Shown here: positions 25,917-35,603 of the stretch, in pieces
How positions within the stretch are numbered: position 1 is the stretch's first letter
Layout of the letters: every line of letters starts with the position of its first letter
Assembly (NCBI GenBank): GCA_963753435.1
Contig: CAVWCF010000001.1
Location: 192,001 to 256,000 of the forward strand
DNA: 64,000 nt
Source: an uncultured Actinomycetota bacterium
GTDB lineage: Bacteria > Actinomycetota > Actinomycetes > CAVWCF01
Direction: 5' to 3'
Position numbers and translations under genes: made by a program
The notes under the pieces: model-generated
The model's database searches: none
What the model was told of the DNA's origin: nothing
The model's input: only the letters and a program-made list of their open reading frames with translations

Positions 25917-25960
25917 TGTGACGCCGGTCACAAAAAGGGGAAAAGTTCTTCTGGTATTCT
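25917..25960 (+). promoter_or_regulatory. CRP-family box plus extended -10 promoter
   Basis: TGTGA-CGCCGG-TCACA at 25917-25932; TGg-TATTCT at 25952-25960. Confidence 0.75.
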
Positions 25961-25966
25961 TTCCGC

Positions 25967-26092
25967 ATGAGCACCGTCACCGCGCACCGTTGGTCCATCG
26001 AAACATCAGAAACCGCCTCCGGGATCCGCACGATAGGCAGCGTCCTAGGCCGCGCCTTCAATCTGTTCCTGCGCGCGCCCGCCAACTACTGA
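25967..26092 (+). CDS. Putative leaderless 41-aa small protein
   Basis: ATG 6 nt after TATTCT; MSTVTAHRWSIETSETASGIRTIGSVLGRAFNLFLRAPANY*; shorter than any ORF in the supplied track. Confidence 0.55.
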   Translation: MSTVTAHRWSIETSETASGIRTIGSVLGRAFNLFLRAPANY

Positions 26093-26230
26093 GGCGCCCG
26101 TGGCGAGTCCATCTGGTGGACTGGGCAACCTGGTCCCCTTGGACAGCCACTCGTCACTGAATCTCGCATGGCCGATTTCATCCTCGCGGGACCGTATGCG
26201 CCCGCCGCCACGGCAGCCAGAGCATTTCCC

Positions 26231-27868
26231 TCATTCGTTCTGACGTGCTCGGGAACCCTCCGGAACCACGCTGGGCAGTTCCTTGGTGAACGCCAGCGAC
26301 AGGAGTGCCAGCAGGGCCGCGGCCAGCAATCCCGCCTTCAGCGCCTGCAACTGGGATTGCTCGTAGTCCTCCACTAGGGCGTCGGCGGTCGGCTGATCGA
26401 GACCGGCCGACTCCACTGCGGCACGGACTTGATCGGAGTCGACGAAGTCCAGCCCCGACTGCACACTGACGCCGACCTCAGCGGAGATTTCCGCGCTGAT
26501 CCGCGGGTCCTCCTCTATCTGGGACACGAAAGTGCTGGTCAGTCCCGTCAAGACGATCGCACCAATCAGGGCGATGCCAAGGGAGGAGCCGAGCTGCTGG
26601 CCGGTGTACTGCAGTCCGCCCGCCTCGCTGCGGCCGGACGCGTCCACCGAGGACTGCACCACGTTGCCCAGTTGGGAAACTATGAGTCCCATCCCAACGC
26701 CCAGAATCGCCATGGACAACGCGAACCAGCCGCCCTTGAGAACCGGGTCGATCGTGGCCATGAGGATGAGCACGGCAGCGGCGGCAGTCACCAGGCCCGA
26801 GCGGACGATGCCTCGAACGCTGAACCGTGCCGAGAGCCGGGACCCGATGGCCGACGTGGCGAACATCGTTATTGAGATCGGCAGCATGCGGATGCCGGTG
26901 TCGAGGGCATTGAGACCAAGAACCAGTTGCAGATACAGGGGCACGACGAAGAAGACGCCCATGAGGATCAAGTTCTGGATGAACAGCCCCGACAGCCCCG
27001 ACCGCAGCATCGGGATTCGCATCAGGTCCAGGTGCACCAGGGGGTCGGTGCCAATCCGTTCCCGGTGGCGTTGCCAGACAGCGAACGCCCACAGCAGCAG
27101 CCCGCCACTGGCGATCACGAACAGAGTCGGGGAGAAGCCGAATAGCGTGAAGGGCACATCTTTCGGCGCCACCCAGCCCCAGGTGCTGGACTGCAGTACC
27201 CCGAGAACCACGACGCCCAGGCCCGAAGCCGACAGCGCCGAACCCACGTAGTCCAGGCGTGGCGCCGCACCGGCTCGCGGTGCGTCTGCGACAACCCTGG
27301 TCATGATGAGGATGAACGCGACCAAAAGGACTTCGCCCACGAAGACCACGCGCCAAGACAACTCCGTCGTGGCCCACCCGCCGACAATCGGTCCGATTGC
27401 GATTCCGGCCCCGGCGACCCCGCCGAGCACGGCGTAGGCGGCGAGCCGCTGCCGCCCCTCAAAGTTGCCGGCCACGAGAGCGGCCAGGGCCGGCAGCACC
27501 AGGGCGGCACCGATCCCTTCCAAGATCGACCAGCCGAGGGTCAGCACCTGCACTGTCGGAGCCACCGCGGTCAGCGCCGAGCCGGCGCCATAGATGAACA
27601 GCCCGACCACAAAAGCCCGGCGTCGGCCGATGATGTCGCCCACCTTGGCCCCAGTGAGGATGAACATCGCCATGGTCAGGCAGTACAGGGTGATGACCGC
27701 TTGGATCGTGGTGACAGTTGTGTCGAAGTCTTCCACCAGAGTGCTGATTGAGACGTTCATGACCGACTGGTCGAGGACCATGACGAACTGAGCCGTGGCG
27801 AGGGCGATCAACGGCGCCCAACCGACCCGCGAATCTGACTTCGTGCTGGGTATTTGGGCATCGGCCAT
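26231..27868 (-). CDS. MFS transporter, DHA2 (14-TM) type
   Basis: QFVMVLDQSVMNVSI, GKVGD-like motif A (GAKVGDIIGRRR), GPIVGGW..SWRVVF; leaderless ATG after TAGGGT. Confidence 0.92.
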   Translation of the reverse strand: MADAQIPSTKSDSRVGWAPLIALATAQFVMVLDQSVMNVSISTLVEDFDTTVTTIQAVITLYCLTMAMFILTGAKVGDIIGRRRAFVVGLFIYGAGSALTAVAPTVQVLTLGWSILEGIGAALVLPALAALVAGNFEGRQRLAAYAVLGGVAGAGIAIGPIVGGWATTELSWRVVFVGEVLLVAFILIMTRVVADAPRAGAAPRLDYVGSALSASGLGVVVLGVLQSSTWGWVAPKDVPFTLFGFSPTLFVIASGGLLLWAFAVWQRHRERIGTDPLVHLDLMRIPMLRSGLSGLFIQNLILMGVFFVVPLYLQLVLGLNALDTGIRMLPISITMFATSAIGSRLSARFSVRGIVRSGLVTAAAAVLILMATIDPVLKGGWFALSMAILGVGMGLIVSQLGNVVQSSVDASGRSEAGGLQYTGQQLGSSLGIALIGAIVLTGLTSTFVSQIEEDPRISAEISAEVGVSVQSGLDFVDSDQVRAAVESAGLDQPTADALVEDYEQSQLQALKAGLLAAALLALLSLAFTKELPSVVPEGSRARQNE

Positions 27869-28116
27869 GCGATGGACCCTAGCGAGCGCAGGTGGTCTAG
27901 CCGGGGACCTGAGCCGACCGCCTCCTGGTGTTGTTGAGCGGCCACCGCCTATGCGCCCTACAGGTGCTGAAGCCACCCGGAGCTGCCTTGCGTGACATGC
28001 GCCACACCCGCCCGCCCAGTCCCGCACGCGAAGGAAGCAACGCTGGTCGGGGGATAAGTCCACGAATGTCAGCGCGTGTAGCCTCCGGCTCACGCCCCGC
28101 TCACAAAGGACGATTC

Positions 28117-29964
28117 ATGGTTGACCCGGCTGTTGTGGACCAAGCGCTGGACGCAGGGGGACTGACAAACCCACGGGTACGCGAGTACGTCCACCACTGG
28201 GCCGCCCACACCGGAGCCGACCGTATTGAGGTCGTCAGCGCCGCCGACGACGAGCGCCTCATCGCGGAGAGCCTGGAAGCCGGCGAGATTCAGCCCGCTG
28301 GCGAGGGTCTGTACTACTCACGCAGCTACTCCAAGGACACCGCGCGCTCGGAGGAGCGCACGATCGTGGCGACGAGCAACCCGTCGGACAAGGGTGTCTA
28401 CAACAACTGGCGACCGGCGGCGGAGATGCGGCCGCTGCTGGAAGACAAGATGCGCGGCGCTTCGGCCGGCAAGACGATGTATGTCATTCCCTACTTGATG
28501 GCGCCGCCAGGGTCGCCTCTGGAGCAGTTCGCGGCAGGTGTGGAACTGACGGATCACCGCACGGTCGTGCTGCACATGATCCGAATGGCTCGCGTTGGCG
28601 CGCAGTTCGTCAACAACCTTGCGGACCCGGACAGTTTCGTGCGCGCCGTGCACGTCACCGGGGACCTGCCGAACCTGGGTCAGGGCACCCCGGACGACCA
28701 GCGCTACTTCGTGACCCTCGGCGACGAGCGCACGATCCTGCACTTCGGATCTTCCTACGGTGGCAACGCGCTGCTCGGCAAGATCGCGCACGGTCTGCGC
28801 CAGGCCGCCTACGACGGCTGGTCGTCGGGGAAGTTCCTCGGCGAACAGTTCATGCTGCTGGGCATCACCGACAAGCAGACTGGTCGCAAGTACCACATCT
28901 GCGGTGGTTTCCCGAGTGCCTCGGGCAAGACGAACCTGGCGATGACGCTTGCACCGGACGCCCTCGGCGACCGCTACCACGTGGACTTCTACGGCGACGA
29001 CATCGCCTGGCTCTGGGTGGGTGATGACGGTCGCCTGTACGGCATGAACCCGGAGTTCGGCGTATTCGGCGTCGCCAAGGACACCAACGAGAAGACCAAC
29101 CCGACCGCCCTTGGCTCGATCGCACCCGGCACGCAGGCGCTGTTCACCAACGTCGCGTACAACGAGGTGACGCAGGAGGTTTGGTGGGAGGGCCGCACAC
29201 CGCAGCCTCCCGCCGACGTCACCGGTTGGCGGGACTGGAAGGGCGAGCTCATCTCCGAGCGCGAGCCCGGCGACGACAGCCCCTGGGCGCACCCAAACAG
29301 CCGTTTCACGACGACTCTGGCGAATGTGCCCAACATCGCCGACGACTTCTCCAACCCGGCTGGCGTGCCGATCGACGCGATCATCTTCGGCGGCCGGACC
29401 CGCGATCGGGAGCCGCTGGTCCGCGCCATCACCGACATCGCCGAAGGCGTCTACGACGGACTTACGTTGGGCGCAGAAGCCACGTTTGCCGCTGAGGGCG
29501 TCGAGGGGCAACTTCGCTACGACCCGATGTCAATGCGCCCCTTCATGTCCTACGCCGAGGGCGACTACGCGGCGCACTGGCTCAAGGTCATCGGCGCCGC
29601 CAGCGTGAAGCCGATATTCGCGCACGTGAACTGGTTCCAGCGAGACCCCGAAGACGGCCACTTCCTGTGGCCCGGTTACCGGGAGAACCTGCGTCCCTTG
29701 CTGTGGCTGATGCAGCTGCGCAACGGCGAGGTCTCCGGGCAGGAAACCCCGGTGGGGATCGTGCCGACCAAGGAAGAACTGAACCTGGACGGGCTGGAGA
29801 TCGATGCCGCCGACCTGGACCACATCCTCTCGATCGACCTGGACCGTTGGCACCAGGAGGCCGACTTCCGCCAGAAGCACCTGGAGCAGTTCGACCGACT
29901 GCCGGAGGAGATCTGGGCCGCTCACCGTCGAGTGGCCGCAGCCATCGACTCCGCACGCGGCTGA
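28117..29964 (+). CDS. pckG: Phosphoenolpyruvate carboxykinase (GTP)
   Basis: DTARSEERT, SYGGNALLGK, FPSASGKTNLAM, GDDIAW, NPEFGVFGVA, HPNSRF, DPMSMRPF, VNWF; AAAGGA RBS. Confidence 0.95.
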   Translation: MVDPAVVDQALDAGGLTNPRVREYVHHWAAHTGADRIEVVSAADDERLIAESLEAGEIQPAGEGLYYSRSYSKDTARSEERTIVATSNPSDKGVYNNWRPAAEMRPLLEDKMRGASAGKTMYVIPYLMAPPGSPLEQFAAGVELTDHRTVVLHMIRMARVGAQFVNNLADPDSFVRAVHVTGDLPNLGQGTPDDQRYFVTLGDERTILHFGSSYGGNALLGKIAHGLRQAAYDGWSSGKFLGEQFMLLGITDKQTGRKYHICGGFPSASGKTNLAMTLAPDALGDRYHVDFYGDDIAWLWVGDDGRLYGMNPEFGVFGVAKDTNEKTNPTALGSIAPGTQALFTNVAYNEVTQEVWWEGRTPQPPADVTGWRDWKGELISEREPGDDSPWAHPNSRFTTTLANVPNIADDFSNPAGVPIDAIIFGGRTRDREPLVRAITDIAEGVYDGLTLGAEATFAAEGVEGQLRYDPMSMRPFMSYAEGDYAAHWLKVIGAASVKPIFAHVNWFQRDPEDGHFLWPGYRENLRPLLWLMQLRNGEVSGQETPVGIVPTKEELNLDGLEIDAADLDHILSIDLDRWHQEADFRQKHLEQFDRLPEEIWAAHRRVAAAIDSARG

Positions 29965-29995
29965 TCCGAGCGGGCTGACGCCCTAGGGTCAGCCC

Positions 29996-30844
29996 ATGGC
30001 CGACGCGGCTCGCCTTGAGTCTTTTGACCGCGACGGCCTGCGGTTCGACGTTGTCGACCAAGGTCCACTAACCGGGCCGGCGATCGTGCTGCTGCACGGA
30101 TTCCCGCAGGACTCCAGTTGCTGGCGTGATGTCACACCGTTGCTGACCGCGGCTGGATGTCGAACCCTCGCCCCCGATCAACGCGGGTACTCGCCGCAGG
30201 CCCGCCCACATGGGCGCAACGCCTACCGGCAGCGGGAATTGGTCGACGACGTGATCGGGCTCCTGGACGCCGCCGACATCGAACGTGTCCATCTGATCGG
30301 ACATGACTGGGGCGGATTTGTCGCCTGGGGGGTGGCGGCCACGCACCCGGATCGCGTGGCAGCGATGACGGTGCTGTCCACGCCCCATCCGGCCGCGTTC
30401 GTCAACTCGATGTTGCACGGACAGGCATTGCGGTCCTGGTACATGGCGGCGGTGCAGTTGCCGGTTCTGCCCGAGATGCTGCTGCGGCCCGGTAGTCGGG
30501 TTTGGCAATCCCTGCAGCAAGGGCTGGGATCAGAAGCGGCCGATGCGTACAAGCAGCGCCTGTCCGAACCGGGGGCAGCGACCGCAGCGCTCAACTGGTA
30601 CCGAGCGTTGCCTGCCGACCTGAGGCAGCCGTCTGTTCGCGTTGGCTCGATCGCGGTGCCGACGCAGTACGTGTGGGGGGAGAAGGACCCCTTCCTCGGT
30701 CGGCAGGCCGCGGAACGCACAGCGGCATACGTACGTGGGCCGTATCGATTCCGACCGCTGCCGCGAGCAGGTCACTGGCTGCCAGAGCGCAATGCTCGGC
30801 AGGTGGCCGATCTGGTGCTCGAATGGTCCGAAGAGGTTGGCTGA
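29996..30844 (+). CDS. Alpha/beta hydrolase, epoxide-hydrolase-like
   Basis: LHGFPQ, PDQRGYS, GHDWGG nucleophile, GHWLPE. Confidence 0.92.
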   Translation: MADAARLESFDRDGLRFDVVDQGPLTGPAIVLLHGFPQDSSCWRDVTPLLTAAGCRTLAPDQRGYSPQARPHGRNAYRQRELVDDVIGLLDAADIERVHLIGHDWGGFVAWGVAATHPDRVAAMTVLSTPHPAAFVNSMLHGQALRSWYMAAVQLPVLPEMLLRPGSRVWQSLQQGLGSEAADAYKQRLSEPGAATAALNWYRALPADLRQPSVRVGSIAVPTQYVWGEKDPFLGRQAAERTAAYVRGPYRFRPLPRAGHWLPERNARQVADLVLEWSEEVG

Positions 30845-30865
30845 GCTGTGAACGGAAGGCCCGGA

Positions 30866-31693
30866 ATGGACGATTACCGTGCGGTAAACCGCGCGAACTG
30901 GGACGAACGAGCGCCGGCTCACGCCGCTTCGCCGGACTACGCGGTAGATCGCTTCATCGCTGATCCCACCTTCATCAGTGGAGTGGTGGCGTTCGATCGA
31001 CCGCGTCTGGGTGACATCGCCGGGCTGCGCGGCGTGCACCTGCAGTGCCACATCGGCACCGACACCGTCTCGTTGGCCCGGCTGGGCGCGGAGATGACGG
31101 GGCTGGACTTCTCCGCGGCGTCGCTGGTCGAGGCCCGCGACCTGGCTGACCGAGCCGGGGCTCAAGTGAGTTTCGTCGAGGGCGACGTGTACGACGCCGT
31201 GGACCTGCTCGGGGCAGCGCAATTCGACTTCGTCTACACCGGCATCGGCGCGATCGGTTGGCTGCCGAGCATCGATCGGTGGGCTGAAGTTGTGTCCGGC
31301 CTGCTACGGCCCGGTGGCCGGCTGTTCATGCGCGAGGGTCATCCCGTCCTGTACTCCCTGGCGGATGGTCGAACTGATCAGCTGCTTGTCATCGAGTACC
31401 CGTACTTCGAGCAGGTCGAACCCTTGGTGTGGGACGAGCCCGGCACCTACGTACGAACCGAGGCAGAGTTCGAAAGCACCATCACCCACGAGTGGAACCG
31501 TGGGCTGGGGGAGATAGCCACGGCCCTGCTCGATCACGGGATGACGCTCACCATGCTGGTTGAGCACGACAGCGTCCCGTGGGAGGCCCTGCCAGGTCAG
31601 ATGCGAACACTGCCGGGGGGCGAGTGGCAGTTGGCCGATCGGCCACAGCGGTTGCCGCACTCCTACACCGTGCAGGCGGTGCTCGGGGAGTAG
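30866..31693 (+). CDS. Class I SAM-dependent methyltransferase
   Basis: NRANWDER, HLQCHIGTD, GLDFS, FDFVYTG, LRPGG. Confidence 0.9.
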   Translation: MDDYRAVNRANWDERAPAHAASPDYAVDRFIADPTFISGVVAFDRPRLGDIAGLRGVHLQCHIGTDTVSLARLGAEMTGLDFSAASLVEARDLADRAGAQVSFVEGDVYDAVDLLGAAQFDFVYTGIGAIGWLPSIDRWAEVVSGLLRPGGRLFMREGHPVLYSLADGRTDQLLVIEYPYFEQVEPLVWDEPGTYVRTEAEFESTITHEWNRGLGEIATALLDHGMTLTMLVEHDSVPWEALPGQMRTLPGGEWQLADRPQRLPHSYTVQAVLGE

Positions 31694-31738
31694 GCGCGGT
31701 TGCGCTATTGGGGGCGAAGCGCTAGCTAGGGTCGGAGC

Positions 31739-32305
31739 ATGGCTGTCGCGTCCACGATGCTCGAACTGGGCTCCCCAATGCCGGACTTCGCGCTTGCGGA
31801 CGTGGCAGACGGAACGCTACGGCGGTCAACGGACTTCGGCGGCAGGGCGCTCGTGGTGGCGTTCATCTGCAACCACTGCCCGTACGTCAAGCGCATCGCA
31901 TCCGGTCTAGCCGAATTCAGCCGGGACTATGCCGACGCGGATGTGTCGATGGTCGGTATCGCCTCCAATGACGCGGTTGCCTACCCCGAAGACGCACCCG
32001 AGGAGCTAGCCCGCTCCGCGCAACAACTGGGCTACCGGTTTCCTGTCCTGTTCGACGAGGATCAGTCCGTGGCGCGCGCCTTCTCGGCGGCCTGCACCCC
32101 GGACTTCTTCGTATATGACCAGCAACGGGCACTTGTCTATCGCGGCCAGTTCGATGGTGCTCGGCCGTCCAACGACATTGCCGCGACCGGGGCTGACCTG
32201 CGGGGCGCCGTCGATGCGGTCCTGGCAGACCGGCCGGTCCCCGCAGACCAGCGGCCTTCACTCGGGTGCTCCATAAAGTGGAAACCCGGCAATGAACCGG
32301 ACTGA
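31739..32305 (+). CDS. Thioredoxin-family (AhpC/TSA, PRX-like) protein
   Basis: FICNHCPYV, AACTPDFF, YRGQFD, PSLGCSIKWK. Confidence 0.93.
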   Translation: MAVASTMLELGSPMPDFALADVADGTLRRSTDFGGRALVVAFICNHCPYVKRIASGLAEFSRDYADADVSMVGIASNDAVAYPEDAPEELARSAQQLGYRFPVLFDEDQSVARAFSAACTPDFFVYDQQRALVYRGQFDGARPSNDIAATGADLRGAVDAVLADRPVPADQRPSLGCSIKWKPGNEPD

Positions 32306-32322
32306 CCGGACTGACCGGACTG
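32296..32322 (+). repeat. 9-bp tandem repeat, three copies (ACCGGACTG)
   Basis: Three exact copies spanning the thioredoxin stop codon and running into the mscS RBS. Confidence 0.85.
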
Positions 32323-32332
32323 AGGTGACCAG

Positions 32333-33328
32333 GTGCTAGGGCTGTTCGGCGGCGTACTCACGGCCGACCCGGAACGATTCAGCAGTGACTGGTGGTGGCA
32401 GGTCTTCTTCGGAGGGTTTCTGCGCGTCGCCGTCATCCTCATTGTCGGGCTCGTAGTCCGGTTCCTCCTGATCCGCATCGTCCGACGCGTCGTCAAGAGT
32501 GCGGCCGCCAAGCCAGTGCCCGGTGAAGATGACGGCAAGCGAACCCAGACGGCTCGTGTCGTCTTCGGCGAAGACCCGGTCGCACTGGAGCGTCGGGCCG
32601 CGCGTGCCAATACCCTCGGCAGCCTCTTCGAGAGCATCGTCAATCTGGTCGTGTGGACCCTGACCATCCTTCTGGTTGCCGCACAATTGGGCTTCAACCT
32701 CGGCCCGCTCCTGGCCGGTGCCGGCGTCTTGGGTGTGGCTCTTGGCTTCGGTGCCCAGTCGGTGGTTGCGGACTTCCTGTCCGGGGTGTTCATGCTCCTG
32801 GAGGATGAGTACGGGGTCGGCGATTACATCGACATGGGCGAGGCCAGCGGCACAGTCGAGGACGTCGGCTTGCGGGTCACCCGGCTGCGCGGCGTGGACG
32901 GCGTCGTCTGGTTCGTCCGAAACGGCGAGGTCGTACGGGTCGGCAACCACTCCCACGGCTGGTCCAGCGCGATCCTGGACATCGGCGTTGCCTACGGGAC
33001 GGACGTAGCCGAGGTGCGGCGAGTGTTGGACGAACTCGCCGAGGAAGTGATCACCGACTCGCCGGTGGCCGACCTGCTGCTGGAGCGCCCGACGATCCTC
33101 GGGGTGCAGGACCTAGCCGCCGACTCGGTGGTCGTTCGGATGGTCATCAAGACTGAGCCTGGGGAGCAGTGGGTCGTTGCCCGTTTCGTTCGAGAACGGG
33201 TCAAGGAGGTCTTCGACGCGGCGGGCATTGAAATCCCCTTCCCACAGCGCACCGTCTGGAATCGGAACGACGACCCCAGTGCGACTCCACCAAGGCCGCC
33301 CCAGCCGCCCGCAACCGACGGTGGGTAG
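32333..33328 (+). CDS. Small-conductance mechanosensitive channel (MscS family)
   Basis: LLAGAGVLGVALGFGAQ, GDYI, GTVEDVGLRVT, GIEIPFPQR. Confidence 0.93.
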   Translation: MLGLFGGVLTADPERFSSDWWWQVFFGGFLRVAVILIVGLVVRFLLIRIVRRVVKSAAAKPVPGEDDGKRTQTARVVFGEDPVALERRAARANTLGSLFESIVNLVVWTLTILLVAAQLGFNLGPLLAGAGVLGVALGFGAQSVVADFLSGVFMLLEDEYGVGDYIDMGEASGTVEDVGLRVTRLRGVDGVVWFVRNGEVVRVGNHSHGWSSAILDIGVAYGTDVAEVRRVLDELAEEVITDSPVADLLLERPTILGVQDLAADSVVVRMVIKTEPGEQWVVARFVRERVKEVFDAAGIEIPFPQRTVWNRNDDPSATPPRPPQPPATDGG

Positions 33329-33337
33329 CTGCCCGGG

Positions 33338-33628
33338 TCAGCCCGTGGCTGGACGATCCACTGGCGCGCCCACGGTCTGGGCGTAGCGGGCTCCTACGAG
33401 CCCCCCGACCAGCAGAAACACCACCAGGCTGGCCAGGGCGAACCAGTCGCCGGGCAGCAGCACCTGAGCGCCGAAGTCGCGCGCGACCGTGAGCCGATCT
33501 GCTACCTCGTGCGCGGCTCCGCCTTCGGAGTCCAGCAGGTAGAAGGCGAATGCGATCACGTACGAGACCGGAACCCAGAACATGAATCCGAACGTCATGC
33601 CCAGGACGGCCGCCAGCAGCGTGCGCAT
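33338..33628 (-). CDS. Small two-TM hypothetical membrane protein
   Basis: GGAGG RBS, two hydrophobic segments, fills the gap between mscS and DUF3048. Confidence 0.6.
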   Translation of the reverse strand: MRTLLAAVLGMTFGFMFWVPVSYVIAFAFYLLDSEGGAAHEVADRLTVARDFGAQVLLPGDWFALASLVVFLLVGGLVGARYAQTVGAPVDRPATG

Positions 33629-33706
33629 ATGAACCCCTCCGGGGTTGTTCTACCAGGCTCGGCAGAACCGCGGGGGAGCGGACGGGCCAAGACCTGGCCC
33701 TCAGCG

Positions 33707-34711
33707 CTACTGCAGCGCAGGTGCCTGCCGCTTGTCGAGCAGGACCACCCAGGTCTGGCCGGGCTTCAATGGGAAGTCCTTGCCTTGGAACAGCCAGCGC
33801 GTCGGCGCCGACTTCGAAGCGCGCTCCCAGGTAACGGAGAAAGCGCGCCCGTCGCGCAGGATGAGGGCCTTGCCCCGGCCCACGGTTCGCGTGAACGGCA
33901 CCGAAGCGCCGGACACGTCTGAACGCTTGAGCGTCTCCACCGCGACCGACTGCACGATCACGTTGTCGGCAGCCGAGGGGCCTTCGGCGGTCTGATCCTT
34001 CCGGCCGTCCAGCGTGTACACCCAACGCGTAGAAGCCGAGTCGTAGGCGAAGCCGATCTTGGCGGCAGGGAAGCGCGCTGTCACCGCGGTTGCGGCAGTG
34101 CCGTTGGCCGGCAGTGCGCCGAACCGAAACCCGACGTCCTTGGGCGGCACCGACCCGTCGGCACGTTTGATGAGGGAGCTAGGCGTCGCGGCCAGGTTGT
34201 ACGGCGCCGGCCGACCGGAGACCCGGTTGTACCCGGCAGGCCCGCGGTCGGCGCTGACATCCACCAGTCCGGCTTCGCGCACCTTGGCGTGGACCGACGA
34301 CACGGACCCGGAGAAGCCGAAGGCGACAGGTCCGTACATGGGCAGTAGCTCGGTATCGGTTTCCCGGGCGCTTCGCACCGGAACCACGGACTTGGGCAGT
34401 TTCGTTGAATAGACCGCGGCGAGTCGGGTGACGCCGCCCTCAACCTGCTGCACGTACACGACATCTGCGGCGGCCAGCCCTACATGCGGCAATGACTTGC
34501 GCGAGTTGTCGATCTTCATGACCAGGGTTGGTCCGTCCGGCACGGCTGCACCGGTCAGGAGGGAGCGCACCGTGGGGGAGGGGCTCGGGGTCTGGGACTG
34601 CGTCTTGCTGGGGGTGGGAGTCGGCGACGATGCGACCTCGCCGCCGCCGCTGCAGCCCGACGCCGCGACCACGAGGGCCACACCGGCTGCCGCGAGTGCG
34701 ATCGGCTTCAT
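33707..34711 (-). CDS. DUF3048 (YerB-like) lipoprotein
   Basis: Lipobox ASGC, P/T/S linker, KIDN..P..GL..AD.VY..VEGG.TRL, PVRSAR, LKPGQTWV. Confidence 0.85.
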   Translation of the reverse strand: MKPIALAAAGVALVVAASGCSGGGEVASSPTPTPSKTQSQTPSPSPTVRSLLTGAAVPDGPTLVMKIDNSRKSLPHVGLAAADVVYVQQVEGGVTRLAAVYSTKLPKSVVPVRSARETDTELLPMYGPVAFGFSGSVSSVHAKVREAGLVDVSADRGPAGYNRVSGRPAPYNLAATPSSLIKRADGSVPPKDVGFRFGALPANGTAATAVTARFPAAKIGFAYDSASTRWVYTLDGRKDQTAEGPSAADNVIVQSVAVETLKRSDVSGASVPFTRTVGRGKALILRDGRAFSVTWERASKSAPTRWLFQGKDFPLKPGQTWVVLLDKRQAPALQ

Positions 34712-34800
34712 TCGAATGAAGGTACGTGGAGGGGACCTTCGGTACCGGCATCGCCACGCTTACCCTTCTAGGCTGCGGCCAACAACGGGAGGGGTAGGGC

Positions 34801-35601
34801 ATGCCAAGCGCGGTCATCACCGGGAGTAGCAAGGGCGTCGGATTCGGCCTGGCCAAGGCATTCGCGGCCAAGGGCTGGGATGTCGTGATCTCCGGGAGCA
34901 GCGACTCGACCACGGCGGCGGCGGTCGACCGGCTCGCGGAGACGCAGCCACGTGGGCGGGTAGTAGGGCAGGCCTGCCAGGTCACGGACCCGAGTTCCAT
35001 GCAGGCCCTCTGGGATCGGGCCAGCGCCGAGCTCGGACGGGTGGACATCTGGGTCAACAACGCCGGTCTGGCCAAGACCACGCAGGACTTCGTGGACCTG
35101 CCTGCGGAGCAGATCGAGCAGATGGTCATCACCAACATGGTGGGCACCATGAATGGCGTCCAGGTCGCGCTGAAGGGCATGCGCGAGCAGGGCAGCGGGC
35201 GCATCTTCAACGTCCTCGGAGGTGGATCCGACGGCTCCATCCGCGAACACATGAGCGTTTACTCGTCGACCAAGTTCGGCCTGAAGTACTTCACGGACTC
35301 CGTGGTCAAGGAGACCAAGGGCGGACCCGTTCTCATCGGCGAAGTGCGGCCAGGAATCCTGATCACCGAAGGCTGGTTGCGCGAGGCCAAGGAGTTGCCT
35401 GGCGGCATCCCCGAGAAGCAGAAGCGCGCTTTGAACGCCTTGGCGGATCACGTTGACGACGTGGCCCCTTGGCTCGTGGATCAGATGATCGGCACGAGCA
35501 AGCACGGTGCCGAGATTGCGTGGCTGACTGGCACCAAGATCGCCGGGCGCTTCGCTACCTCGTGGCGTGGCCGGGATGTGCTGAGCGGCTTCGACGTCTG
35601 A
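34801..35601 (+). CDS. SDR-family oxidoreductase
   Basis: ITGSSKGVG, WVNNAG, YSSTK (YxxxK). Confidence 0.92.
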   Translation: MPSAVITGSSKGVGFGLAKAFAAKGWDVVISGSSDSTTAAAVDRLAETQPRGRVVGQACQVTDPSSMQALWDRASAELGRVDIWVNNAGLAKTTQDFVDLPAEQIEQMVITNMVGTMNGVQVALKGMREQGSGRIFNVLGGGSDGSIREHMSVYSSTKFGLKYFTDSVVKETKGGPVLIGEVRPGILITEGWLREAKELPGGIPEKQKRALNALADHVDDVAPWLVDQMIGTSKHGAEIAWLTGTKIAGRFATSWRGRDVLSGFDV

Positions 35602-35603
35602 CC

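Noticed and set aside
32296-32322. Regulatory role for the 9-bp triple repeat
   Set aside because: It looks like slippage duplication around a stop codon, with no other evidence of function.
25713-35600. Genomic island integrated at tRNA-Pro
   Set aside because: No integrase or transposase and no duplicated tRNA 3' end (attR) seen; the genes look like ordinary host-type metabolic genes.
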